In this document: one piece after another, positions 38,752 through 50,655 of the stretch
How positions within the stretch are numbered: the first letter of the stretch is position 1
Layout of the letters: every line of letters begins with the position of its first letter
Assembly (NCBI GenBank): GCA_051942245.1
Contig: JAVECL010000026.1
Location: 1-64,000, forward strand
DNA from: Trypethelium eluteriae
Taxonomy: Eukaryota
Reading direction: 5' to 3'
DNA length: 64,000 bases
Program-made: the position numbers and the translations under genes
Notes under the pieces: generated by a model
What the model was told of the DNA's origin: nothing
The model's database searches: none
The model's input: only the letters and a program-made list of their open reading frames with translations

Positions 38752-39512
38752 AGGTCGAGGCCTTTCTTCGGGACAAATGCTTTCCATATACGTAGGCGGA
38801 CCATTGCATCTACTGGTCGATGTCTCTTCTTACTTATCTAATGTAGACAGCAGAAGGCATCTCGAGGCATATCACCTCGAATTGCTCGCTTATTCATCCT
38901 TGTTCGTGTTGGGAAGTTGTGGTGGCCCACACAAACGTCCCCAAAGTGAAGAGAGGTTGTTGTGAACGAACGAACCCTTGGGGTCGACGCGTGCTGTCTC
39001 GGGGAGTGTGCTACGGAAGCTGCTACGCAGTTGAGTCAGGTCTTCCCTTCTTCACTTGCAGCAACAATAGAAGAATTTATAAGTGCATTGACCCATTCTT
39101 TCATGCCCATAACCTTCTATTGCCTTCATCCACGACCTTTCCTTGCACTCCTTTACAGTTGACCCACGCACTTGCCCACAACTCTTTCTCGCACTCATCA
39201 ACGGAAATCTTTATCATCCTCTACAACCAGCCCACGAATTCAATCATAGACTACTCTTCAAAGTGGTCCACGGACATCTCTCGCATCCCTCCACCACAAT
39301 TCACCTCACCCACCCATAGCCGCCTTCTCCACCTAACCCTAAGAATCTCTCCCCAAGACCGAAGGAGTTTTCTGCGAGGAGAAGGAACCACTCCTGCCAT
39401 ACAGCCACTACAGAACCAACCCAAGTAGTGATCATAAGCAAGTACCTCTGCTCTTACTCGTTCGCTTTTCACTGTGCTGACAGAGCACTAACTCATAGCC
39501 TCCGACCTTCAA

Positions 39513-40427
39513 ATGGCCACACAAAGTGGAAGAGCTGAAGAGATGCAGGGCCAGCAAGAGAGTGATCTCTCAGCCATAGGCTCTCCTCTGACCGAAGCTC
39601 CTAGCACCATCGAGAGCGGTGGTGGTCAAAACGATGCGGCCGATACTGGAAGCAATGCTCCTGACACGCAGTCAGGAGGAAAATCGGGGCGCGGATTTTG
39701 GTCGAGGTTGCGCCGACTGGGGAAAAAGCAACCCATCCAAGCTTGGGTGGAGATAGAGGTCACCTCAGAGTCCAAGCACGTATCCGAGATGCAAGGGGAG
39801 GACAAGGGACCATTTGTGTCCTGTGCCTGCTACGCCGCAGGTGCTTCAAATCCAAACCCGAATCAGACATCAACGGAGGGCTCTGGGGGCCTCCCCACTA
39901 CGAAGTCGGCTTTCCTCACGAAGCAGCCGGAAGAGGCGAGCGTGTCTGCCCTAAAGCTCAATGAAGCTTTCCTGGATCAGGTATCGAAAACAATGCATGA
40001 TTTCTCCTTGATTATGAGAACATACTAACTGCTGTTGTAGTTGAACAAGACGAGGGCGGTGCTCCAAAAGATCGCCGAGATCCAGGACCAGCTCGGGCTC
40101 TCCGACTCACCACATCGCCTCAGCTTGACCGAGTTCGCCAACAGGGTCGCCAACAGGGGCCAGGCGTGCCTTGATAGGGTGCGTCGCGACGCCCGAGGCA
40201 CTCGGTTCGAGCCGGGCACGGGGGCCAAAATAGCCACTGTGGAGATGATGGATGAGATCGACAGCGCCCTCACGTGGATTAACAATCCACAGAGGGAGAT
40301 CCACCAGAAGCTGGGGGAGCTCGAGCTGGAGAGCGGGTGGAGGGGGAGGCCAACCCGGGGATATATTAATGAGGTCTTCCAGGATGTGGAAGGCCTCAGG
40401 CAGCAGGTCCGGGGTACGTACGAGTGA
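39513..40427 (+). CDS. Hypothetical (orphan-like) protein, 2 exons
   Basis: Two ORFs joined in frame by an intron (GTATCG..CTAAC..TAG, about 39981-40040); good start context (tcaaATGG); a probable 5'UTR intron ends at about 39497. Confidence 0.6.
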
Positions 40428-41589
40428 ACAGCAGCTAGTCTATATAATTTTTTATTTTTTTTTAAAAATAAATGCGAGAGAGAATCCTGACCATGTGGTA
40501 TTTTGCCATGACCTCATGGGGATAGCTCCAATGCGCGACATTGCCTGTGAGACCTTGGCTCACCTTCCACGCGAGATTTTCACTTTCCGGTTTTCCTCAA
40601 GTGAACTAACCAAAACATAGTGATCCGACACATGGCTAGATCCGATTGAGGGTTGCCCCGACGGGCCGATAAGAGAATAGGTGTGGTGGGCGGAAGGACC
40701 TGGTTCCCTAGCTGTAGCTAGAAAATTTAGGAAACCAGAGTCCATGTCATTTGCATTACTCGGTGTGGCAGGCTCAATTATGAAATTCCCCATGATGCTA
40801 CTGCGCGATTTTATGGTTGCATTCCTATTGTGCTGCGTAATCCAAAATTGACCGAAGCTGCCTCCAAGTGGTTCTCCCAAAATTGAGAGATCTCGATTGA
40901 GGGCCTCCCCAACACAGTGAAGCGAGAATAATCGAGGGAAGATTTTTTTTGATGCGAAATGATGCCAATACTTGAAAAGGTGGATCTGCTGCCGGTTCTC
41001 TAAACTGTTTACAATAGCAGTGGCAGGGAATTTACGTTAGGAAACCCCCCATTAGAGAACGGGTCCGTCCTAATAGGCCGTCTTATTCTCTAGCAAATCT
41101 CTCAAAAAGGCCTATGTGGCGCCATACATAATCAGAAGAGGCACGAATGGGTGTCTGCCCTCGGCCTTGCGGGGAAGAGGCTCTCCCGACGGGCCGTAAA
41201 CCCGTGTCTAGGCCATTGCCCATTGCCTTTGCTACCTGACCTGACACTGATGCGCTGTCAGGCGATTTCGCATCTCTCGTCTCTCATCTCCCATCTCTGA
41301 TCTCTGATCTCTCACTTGCCCTGCGAGAATTCCATTGCCATTATCTCGGTGGTGTTATGGACCAGCATGGATGGGTAAGCGTCCCCTCTTATCCATTCTG
41401 GCTGTCGGCAGCGACTCCTCGGCATTTGCGCCCTAAGTCTCTTTAAATATCCCAAGTCAATTCACCAATGCTGCGAACGACATCATAATCAGCCCACCGG
41501 AATTATCCTCCTCCTTCAACCGCCCAGACTTCTGCTTCCCCACCCGTTCCTTCACCCACCCCCAATTGACAAACCGCGCGCATCTCGCA

Positions 41590-42915
41590 ATGTCTGCGCC
41601 CGACCCCACAGTCTCGGATCCGGCTTCAGTGTCTGTGCCGCAACAAGTCAGCGACTCTCCTCCAGTCTCGGAACCACCACCTGTGTCCTCAGAACCAGCT
41701 CCAATCTCAGAAAATCTTCCATCGTCAGACCACCCTCCACCCTCAATACCTCCTCCAACCTCAGAACCTCTGCTATTCCCAGGACTCCCTCCGTCCTCGG
41801 AACCTCTTCCACCATCGCGCCCATCTCTCCCAACCTCCTCACCCCCACGACCCTCCTCCCCCCACAATGACCCGGAAGTCTCACACAACGACCCACACCA
41901 AATCTCCGACGCGTCCGCCCAAGCTCAAACCACCATCGAGCCCGGCAGCGAAGACAGCGCGTCGAGCAGCGGCGACGACGCGGGCTACGCCTCGGACGAC
42001 TACAGCTCGACGTCGACCTCGCTGTCCTCCTCCGTCCGAGACTACGCGTTCGAGAACGGGCGACGCTACCACAAGTTCCGGCAGGGGCACTACGCGCTGC
42101 CGAACGACGACCAAGAGCAGCACCGCGAGGACATGAAGCACGCAATGACGCTGGCGGCGTCGGGCGACCGGCTGCACTTCGCGCCGCTGAACGCGCACCC
42201 GCAGCAGATCGTCGACCTGGGCACCGGCACGGGCATCTGGGCGGTGGAGATGGGCGACGCGTATCCCTCCGCGCAGGTGCTGGGCATCGACCTCTCCCCT
42301 ATCCAGCCGACGTGGGTGCCGCCGAATGTGCGGTTCATGGTGGACGACGCGGAGAGCGAGTGGCTGCATCCGCGCGACCACTTCGACCTCGTGCATGCGC
42401 GCCACTGTCTGCCGGCGTTCAAGGACTGGGCGGGTGTGTTTGCGAGCGCGTTTGCGCATGTCAAGCCGGGCGGCTGGATGGAGGTGCAGGATTTGCAGTT
42501 TGTGTCGCAGTGTGATGATGGGACGATGCCGGAGACGTATGCACTGGAGAAGCTGTTTCGTTTGATTGGCGCGGGGTTTCAGACGATGGGCGTCACGTTG
42601 CAGGGGGCGCCGAGCCTGCCGGAGAAGATGCGCGCGGCGGGGTTTGAGGGGGTGGAGGTGGATGTCAGGAAGGTGCCGGTGGGGAAGTGGCCGAAGAATC
42701 CGCTGCTGAAGAAGGTCGGCTTGTATCTGCAGGCTGTGATTATGGATGGGTTGGAGGCCGTTAGCTTGGGGCCCATCTGTCGCGGATTGAAGTGGACGAG
42801 GGAGGAGGTCGAGGTCTTGCTGGCGGAGGTGAGGAAGGACTTGAGGAACTCGGCGATCCATAGTTATGTCACCATGTACACGATTTACGGCCAGAAGCGC
42901 ACGACAGCGATATGA
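41590..42915 (+). CDS. LaeA-like (Llm) class I SAM-dependent methyltransferase, intronless
   Basis: SLSSSVRDYAFENGRRYH, YALPNDDQEQHRED, VDLGTGTGIWA (SAM motif I), GIDLSPIQP, FMVDDAE and KPGGWME; Pro/Ser-rich N-terminal extension. Confidence 0.92.
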   Translation: MSAPDPTVSDPASVSVPQQVSDSPPVSEPPPVSSEPAPISENLPSSDHPPPSIPPPTSEPLLFPGLPPSSEPLPPSRPSLPTSSPPRPSSPHNDPEVSHNDPHQISDASAQAQTTIEPGSEDSASSSGDDAGYASDDYSSTSTSLSSSVRDYAFENGRRYHKFRQGHYALPNDDQEQHREDMKHAMTLAASGDRLHFAPLNAHPQQIVDLGTGTGIWAVEMGDAYPSAQVLGIDLSPIQPTWVPPNVRFMVDDAESEWLHPRDHFDLVHARHCLPAFKDWAGVFASAFAHVKPGGWMEVQDLQFVSQCDDGTMPETYALEKLFRLIGAGFQTMGVTLQGAPSLPEKMRAAGFEGVEVDVRKVPVGKWPKNPLLKKVGLYLQAVIMDGLEAVSLGPICRGLKWTREEVEVLLAEVRKDLRNSAIHSYVTMYTIYGQKRTTAI

Positions 42916-43392
42916 CGAGTGATCGTCGAACATAAAAAGCAAAGGTTTGGATAGGGATGGCTATTGTCTTTTTCGGGATTTTTTTCCTTTCGATGGCATA
43001 GCGATGGATACCCTCTGGCTAAGTAAGGCATACGTTTCTAGTAATGGCGAATAGGTTTTTAGTGCACATAGTCTGGAATACTCAATTCAGATCTTTCCAC
43101 TTTCACCGAGACTAATCACTATTGGCTGTGTTAAGATTCACCATCGGAATGAGTAAGCCGAGTGTTCAAACTGACTTTTCAAATATTGAGCCATCGCAGA
43201 ATTCTAGCTCGGAGAACCTATGAAAGACAACATGGACATACCCTTGAAAAGAAATCGTTTGGGCTTTGCAGCAAAGGGAAATAAGGATTTTGCAGAATCT
43301 TAGCGCCATGGAACCACTCTTCCCATTATGCCAGCTCATTCGACCAAAAACACCAACCCATCCCCGTCCTCCACAATTACCACTCCTCCCTA

Positions 43393-45218
43393 TCACTCCC
43401 TTCGATCAAAGAACCCTTTCGACATCGCTTCCTCCGCACTCTGAAACCCCGGCCACGCCCCCGTCACCGACGTCCCCGTCGCCGTCGTCTCCATCGTGGG
43501 CTGTGCCGATGGATGATACGCCGTATATGATCTCTCACCTCCATTCCCGCTGCCACTCCCACTCCCACTCCCATTCCCGTTTCCGCCTTCGCTGCCCCGA
43601 CCAAGCCCACTCATCACAGCAGACACGCTGCTCGTCCGCTGCCGACCGCGCCCTTCCTGCTCAGCCGTCGAGCTGATAGGCGAGGGCGGGAAGGTCGGCG
43701 ACTGATTGACGCTTCCGGGAGCGCTGCCAGAGGAGATATGGGGCGAGGACCAGGAAGTGCTGAGGCTGGAGTGAGTGACGGATAGTGAGGAGGCGTTGTG
43801 CGGATTGGGGACACCGAGCAGTGGGCCTTGTGGGGCGGGGCCGGGGGCGTAGGAGGCCGTCCCTGGGTATGCGGCCATGCGGAGGGAGGCAGGGATGGAA
43901 GAGTGAGTGCCTGGAAGTGGCCAATGAGAGATAGAGTGTCTGGCAGTGCTATTGGGGGGTGTGCCGGGGAGTTCTTGGCTCTCGCATTGGTCTTCTAATT
44001 CATGGATCGTCATCGGTGCGTCGAGTTCGGGGCCTTCGGGATGATTGATTTCGTTTTTAACGTCCCATTTTTGCGGAGGATTGCTGGGTAAAGAGGATGA
44101 GACGTCTGCAACGGCAATGGCGTCTCCAGGACGTGCTTGTGATTCACTTCCAGCTCCCATTTTTTCGGTGGGGGACGAAGAGCTGTATTCTGTCGTTGCA
44201 CCTGTATCATCTGACTGCGTGTTAAAATCTGTTACTGGTTTGCACCCGACCCAAGCGTCTCTATCTGCGTGTTCTGTTGTGTTGTTTGTTCCGGTTGTTT
44301 GGTCTGGTGAAGATTTGTTTGAGCGGCCGCGTCGACGGAACATGTACCAACTTACGATGAAAACCAAGAGACCAATGACAAAACAGCTTGCGATCGCAAT
44401 TGCGATGGTAGCTCCTTTCGTCAGAGCAGTGGAGTGTGCTGACTGGCCATTCGGTGAAGTGCTGGATGTAGGTGTGCTTAGGCCACTGGAGGATGTACTG
44501 AGCTCTGTTTGGGAAGAGCTATCTGAAGTCGTGGACGATGAGCTACTCGAAGTACTACTGGTCATGTCCGAACTCGTTACAGTCGGAGGTGCCGCTTGCG
44601 ATCCGGTCGTTATTGGATTGACATATGCTGTGTTTGACGACAGACCCGTCGCGTCACAGTAGAAGATGTGTTGGCTCGCTACCGTGTTGCTCAAAGTGAC
44701 ACAGGAAGGCGAAGCTGAGTCCGTGCTATTTTTGTGTGTCAGTGTTTATTATATTAAATTTTTCATGAGGTGCAGATGGACAAGCCATACGTCCGAATCG
44801 GATTACTTACCAAAGCCAGCATCCGCCACCGTTGATGTCACACGTCGCCGTCTGGGCTTTAGTGTAATCCAGGCAGGTAGTCCTCGCCGCACAACTCGAC
44901 ACGGAACAGCATCCGATATAACCATCGCCACCGGTGTAGCAAGTACCACTCGAGGTAGGAGTAGTTGGGCAAAAGACTGATTCTCTGTGAGCGTCACAAT
45001 CGCCACGAAATTAGGGACTCCTAACATTTGCTGCTGCCATCGCAATTATACAAAGGCTCGTCTTGCCTCCGCCCTAACCAGTTATTCGGCTGGCCTCCGT
45101 ACAGTCTTCCAATCTCAAGCCCGTTCACAAATGCTGTGTTGCGAGGTGGAGGAGTTGTGATTGTGTGGCCGACAGCCCCAACTGCGAAGCCAAGTGATAG
45201 GAACAGCATATTGAGCAT
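43393..45218 (-). CDS. Cell-surface type I membrane protein (Cys-rich ectodomain, Ser/Thr stalk, TM, disordered tail), Mid2/Wsc-sensor-like architecture
   Basis: Signal MLFLSLGFAVGAVG; spliced exon ...FCPTT...TCYTGGDGYIGCCSVSSCAARTTCLDY...TCDINGGGCWLC; S/T run; TM ATIAIAIASCFVIGLLVFIVSWYMF-RRRGR; ELDA/ELED/ELPG tail motifs. Confidence 0.75.
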
Positions 45219-45691
45219 CTTGAATGTGAGGGAAGGAGACGCAAAGTCTGAGATCAGAAGCTGAACGAGTTGTCGAAATAAGGAAATGGAACCCTGGCAT
45301 TAGCTGTGGGTCGATCGAAAGGTCGGGTTTGCTGATTGTAGATGTCGCGGAAGGCTGCAGGACGCCAGCAGATTTATGGAATAAGAATGAGAGATTTCAC
45401 TGGCCAGGCCCCTCATCCTCGACCAATGTGGAGAAAGGTGTGCAAAAAGGAATGAGAAGCAGAGTGCGAGCCCAGACAAAAAATTGGGTCGTGTGTGCAA
45501 GGTGAATACGTCACGGGCGTGATCCCCCAAGAAAAGGTGCCGAGGTGAGAGATACGTGAGATGATAGCACATATTCCATCACTCACTCATGTAGTGGATC
45601 TATAGCCAGAAGATTGTCTCGGCAATCGTGTTTGCTATCTGACCCCAGCCACATAGTCTCGGACTTGCTCGCAGAGCGATTACCAATGCCT

Positions 45692-47592
45692 CTAGACTTC
45701 GGCTTCCTTAGCGACCGGGCCAAACTTCTTCACAATCCACACACAAAACTCGTCCCATCTCTGCCTCCAATACCCAAGCGCTTCCTCCTTCTGATCTTCA
45801 TTCAAGCAGCTGTGGACGATTGACCACTCCGCAAGTTGACGCCAGCCATGAAGGCTCATCGTCGTCGAGCCAACCATGACCTGATAGAATTCATACGAAA
45901 GGGTGGAACTGTTCGCAGACGACGATCTGTGATTAGTAACGTAAGTCTAAAAGTTCGCAAGGACAAAAGAAATGAAAGCCGTACCTAAAAAGTGCCGGAT
46001 TGTCGCTGTTTACGGTACACTCGAGGCCTTGCTGTAGCATTGCTGGATACGGATGCTGCTTGATGTTCCGGCAAAGGTTCAGAAGCTCGTTCGACACAGG
46101 GCAGAGCTCGATACAGATGCGTTTCTTCTTGAACTCTTCAACCAATTTGGGATGTTTCAAGATCGAATAGCCATGCCCAACGCGCTTTGAATTCAAAAGG
46201 ACAACATCGAAAAGATTGGAGTTCTCTGGGTCTTTGGAACCACCGGTATCGAGCAATGTCTCACCGGCATGAAACAGGAACGGGATCTTAATGCCCAGAG
46301 ATTCGCAGGTTTTTACAAAAGCCAACAACTCATCACGATAGTAGCTGATGGAGTTTGGACGGTCTTCGGCTCCAACAAGATCAAAGCCTGTTGGTCATTA
46401 AATGAGTACTGGACGCTAATCCTTTTCCACGAGACATCGCACTTACCGCAAATCAAATCCGGGTATGCGAGTTTCAGTCTGATGCAGTCAAGCATTTCCG
46501 TAGTCATTCGTGGCTTAGGAATAGAACGCGGTGTACAGTAGATGATCTTGAGCCCGAATGGGAATAATTCAAGCTGTCCCTTGGCCTCAAGGTCCTTTTT
46601 CTTTTTAGAAACTTCTTCCACGATGATATTCATTTGGTCTGAATGGCATAGTTGCTGAAGACCGTCATCGCTCGGAATTGTCTTATCCAGTAGCATCGGA
46701 CGTAATTCGGCATACATGATCTTGTCCTCAATCATGCTATCGATGGCGGCGCTGATATACCACCTGAAGACCGATTCATAGTTTAAGAGACCCTTGAAGC
46801 AGCGTGTGCCCTGGTTGAATCGTGCCCAAACACTAGCGCGGAGTTTAGCGACTGTCTTCTGTAGTACAATTGTCGTAATTACCCGTTTAGTGTTTGACTC
46901 TGTCTGTAGACGTCGTCTTCACTGAGAGCAGCTTTACTTCGCACCCAGTCTAAGGGATCACTTTTGAACTTCTGACGAAACTCAACACAGAAGTCTTTGA
47001 ATTTCATCCATGGATTGCTGTTCGTGTCCCCGTGGTCTGAGTTGTAATTCAGTGCAAAGACATTGGAGCTTTTCGTTCCCACTGGCAGGACGTTGAAGAC
47101 GACTTCTGTTTCATCCAAGTCATCTTTTCCCAGTAGAGGTCTGATGCTGCGAATGAACATGGTGTCCATGTCTTTGGCCTGTTGAAGCAGGATGTTTGGG
47201 TGCAGCTCCGAGTTGAAGTGGATATGCAAGTGGCCGCCTTTTGGCATCTCACGAGCAATTGAGTATATCTTGCTTTCTTGGATCCTGCTTCTATTTGTGA
47301 GAAATTGCCCCCCCATATCTCGGGTTTCGCTGTCTGGTATAGACTCTCCCGCTTGGTTGCCGAAGAGCGTTGGGTCGTCCCTTTCCATCTCTCTGATGGT
47401 TCGTACGATAGCAGCTGCCTCTCTCTCCACGTCCGAGGCCTCCAGTCTAGCTTTCGAGTCCCATGAAGAAGCTTGTTCGGCTTCGAGCAGTCTCAGTCTC
47501 TCCTCTGAATACTGATTCTGGCAGTCACTGTCCTTAAGAAACTGAGTGAATTTAGCTGCGAGATCAACATCAGAAGGTGTGAATGAAGCCAT
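45692..47592 (-). CDS. Adenosine deaminase of the ADGF/CECR1 (ADA2) subfamily, no signal peptide, 4 exons
   Basis: MPKGGHLHIH, YAELR, GFDLVGAED, FLFHAGET, RVGHG, IELCPVSN and VNSDNPALF motifs. Confidence 0.92.
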
Positions 47593-49122
47593 GTTAGCCA
47601 ATTCGGGTTCACTCGCTCCGGAGAAGTGTTGTGAATGTTTATGGTCGTGAGAGCTTTGTTGATAGGTCGTTTGCAGAAAATGACCACCAATTTCAGGGTC
47701 TAATGCTTTGGTTTGTCTCGAACTGCTTCGTGCGACTTGCAGACTATTGTTGAGAAGACCGCATTAGCTCCACTGAGGCTCGACTTTTAACTGTTGAGTT
47801 GATTCGAAGGATTTGCTAACCATGAATTGACAAACTTGAGGAATGTAAAAATAGTCCGCCACCGGACTAGGGTAGAGGTTTTTATAGCAGATGGATCGCA
47901 GAGCATCATCCTCAGGTGCGCAGTTCAAGGTGTTGCCGAAGAATGTGAACAGAAGACCCGTGGAGCTGTTCAGAAAGATGAGTGAGTATTGTAAGACGGT
48001 GCTGCAATTTGATCGAGAAACCAAATCGAGTCGATGTTTCAGAGGATTTTGGAGTCGATGATAGGGTTGCGTTGAAATTACCATAATCCAGATAAGGAAG
48101 TGCGGGTATAAAAGGCAGGCAAGGCTTATATGCTATGTACCTAGCCAGTACCACTTGTGCCCAATAAAAGCACATGAAGTGATCATCCAGTCTCTGAGAC
48201 CCCAAAACAGGGTGTTTAGCGGTGCGTGATGATGGATACGATATGCTCGACCAGGGACAAAATCAATTGACTTCGTTTACCTCCCGAAATGGAAGTCAGC
48301 TAATCGAGACGAGACCTCCGCTGTCACCGCAAGGCTGAGACGCAGCCTCGCCACAAGAACCTAAGGTAAGATTTTGAACAGAGTTGACTTATGTCATGCC
48401 CTTGGACCAGATGACTCTAATCCTTTGACCATGGCAATGAGTGTGGCCTGGGCGATGGGGCAAGCGGGGCAATTCCTCGCGCTCCTTCGAGGCAATGGAT
48501 CTTGATGGCATGGGACCTGAGTCAGGAATAGAAGAAGACTGCGCAAAATGACGCCGTCCCCGAGTATTTGATGGTGGTTACCTCAGGCCTTTAATCGCGC
48601 ATTCCGAAGGCCACAGGTGATTTTCAGCCTTGCGCTGGTCATACATGGAGTCCACAATTTCTTAGGCCAAAACGCCGTTGAGCGTGGCGGAGCGCTAGAT
48701 CCAACTCTTACGACCTATCCCTCTTGGCTTCCAACCGCCATCTTCGTCCATCCCCACTCTATGTGGGAGTCTGCTGCCTCAGATGTCTCTTCGGAGTGAG
48801 CCTCTTCGTTTTCACCTTGTACATATAACAGTTGCATAAGCCTTCTTCCATTTGTGGGGCCTCAAAAGTCTTTGGCCACATTGGAGTTTCAAGGATACCT
48901 AGCTGTTCAATGTTGTCTAGTTCACTCCGTACACAGCCGCCCTCTACGGAAAATCATCCGATCTCGTCGCACGAACCGTGCAACGCGAGGCAGATCCAGC
49001 ATCTCGTCTGAAAGTGGCCTTGAGCTCAAGATATACCGACTTTCCAGGATGCAACCTGTCTCTGCCCTTCTCTTAAAAAGGACCGATCCCGAGTTGTAGA
49101 CCCTTGACAGAGACAACTCACC

Positions 49123-50326
49123 ATGTGGCATTGGGTTAGCGAAGGTTTCGACAACTTCCAACTTGACATCGTCGGTTTTCTTGCCATCCTCGGTGAGGGT
49201 TCGGTGTTAGCCAATGCTCAGGTTGCAACCTTGTCCAGGTTGATCTACATTCCACGGTTGCTGCCCGCACCACATGCATTTCTCAGGCCCACTAGGCCCT
49301 CGAAGTTGGCTCCGTCAGATGCTGATGTGGCCGGGGTCTATTCAGGAAACCACAAGCGTCATGTGAATCATCTAGCCCACGTTCTACTGTAAGTCTCTTT
49401 ACCGCGCAAGCTTCTCTCCTTGGGCTAAGTTTGACAGGGACGGGGATTCGATGGCTGCGTATGAAGTGCAATGCGTGGAGATCAAAAAGATCTCGAATGC
49501 ACCCCCAGTAAAAGCAAAGACGCGAGGTCCTCTCACGGTTGTTCTGCTTTTAGGTTGCGCTTTTTCGATCGGCTTGCTTGCACTCTCGATTGTAAAGAAA
49601 GATGGAATGTCCCTCTTAGCCACAGGTCTACTGTCCATCCTCTCGAGCATCATTGGGATTGGTAATAAATGGACACTTCAGCTTGTGTCGCGGAAAGTTT
49701 CTGGAGGCGCTCCTCAAGGAGACGTCGTCATCAGATATCCCAAAGGAGGCTTTCACGTAGTCAAATGCAGTGAGGAAGTCGCTCGGGAACTCTATTTCGC
49801 TCCCGAAGAAATACAGTACCGTGTAGATCAGCCAGCTGTCTATCGCCTGATCTCCCTTGTCGGCACAGTGCTGCTCATGTTCGGCGTCATTGCTCTCAGC
49901 AATGCCACTGTAGCCTTGCAGATCGCTTGGGCAGCAGCATATATTCTACTAAATGCTGCATACTGGACTGTTGCCGCGCTGCCTCAGCGAGTTCACTGGG
50001 AACTTGGATCCTTCAAGGTGGAGAAGCAACGCCTTGAAGGTGGCGAAGCAGTAGAGAAAAACGCTACTTTCACGGAAGCGTTATGGAAAGTCATTGTCTT
50101 TACGAAAAGTACAAAATGGGTAGCTTTGGGTAATACAGCACCGCAGACACAGGCGTGGAAACATTGGTTGGAGGAAGCAGAAGCGATGGCTGTCGATGCT
50201 GGCGTTTATTGCGAAGATATGGATGCGTTTGGTGATAGCAAAGTGTGGATCTGGAAGGTGCCGGATTGGGATCCGCGGAGCGCGTTGACAAAATATATGA
50301 GACTATATCATGAAATAGGCGCCTAA
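49123..50326 (+). CDS. Uncharacterised fungal multi-pass membrane protein (about 4 TM)
   Basis: FQLDIVGFLAILGEGSV...PRLLPAP exon, intron at about 49389-49437, hydrophobic helices, GDVVIRYPKG and VARELYFAPE segments. Confidence 0.8.
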
Positions 50327-50655
50327 CATGATCTTACAAACGAGCGGATGGATTGGACAAGTAAGGGAATGACCACGAGTCATGAATTTCATTACACTTC
50401 CGGGGATCAGCGTTCGAGCGTATTTGTTTGCCCTTTTTAGTGGCGTCGGGAAGAAAGTCTTGCTCTATTCATACATGATGCATAGTTGAACTGGTCTTTA
50501 AAACAAATAATGGACTCTTGGAAAAGCGCCTTCAAATCTAAAGAGGTCTGGGAGCTCTCTGAACTGGCCTAGCAACTGGCCGAAACGCCCAACCTGCCAT
50601 GTGGCTAGAACTCTTTCGATATAGATGTATTGCCTTGTACGTACCGTAGATCCTT

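Noticed and set aside
40428..41100. Possible RIP-degraded transposon relic
   Set aside because: Only a short AT tract; no terminal repeats, transposase remnants or sustained TpA excess.
41881..42942. 353-aa antisense ORF
   Set aside because: Shadow of the methyltransferase caused by strong codon bias.
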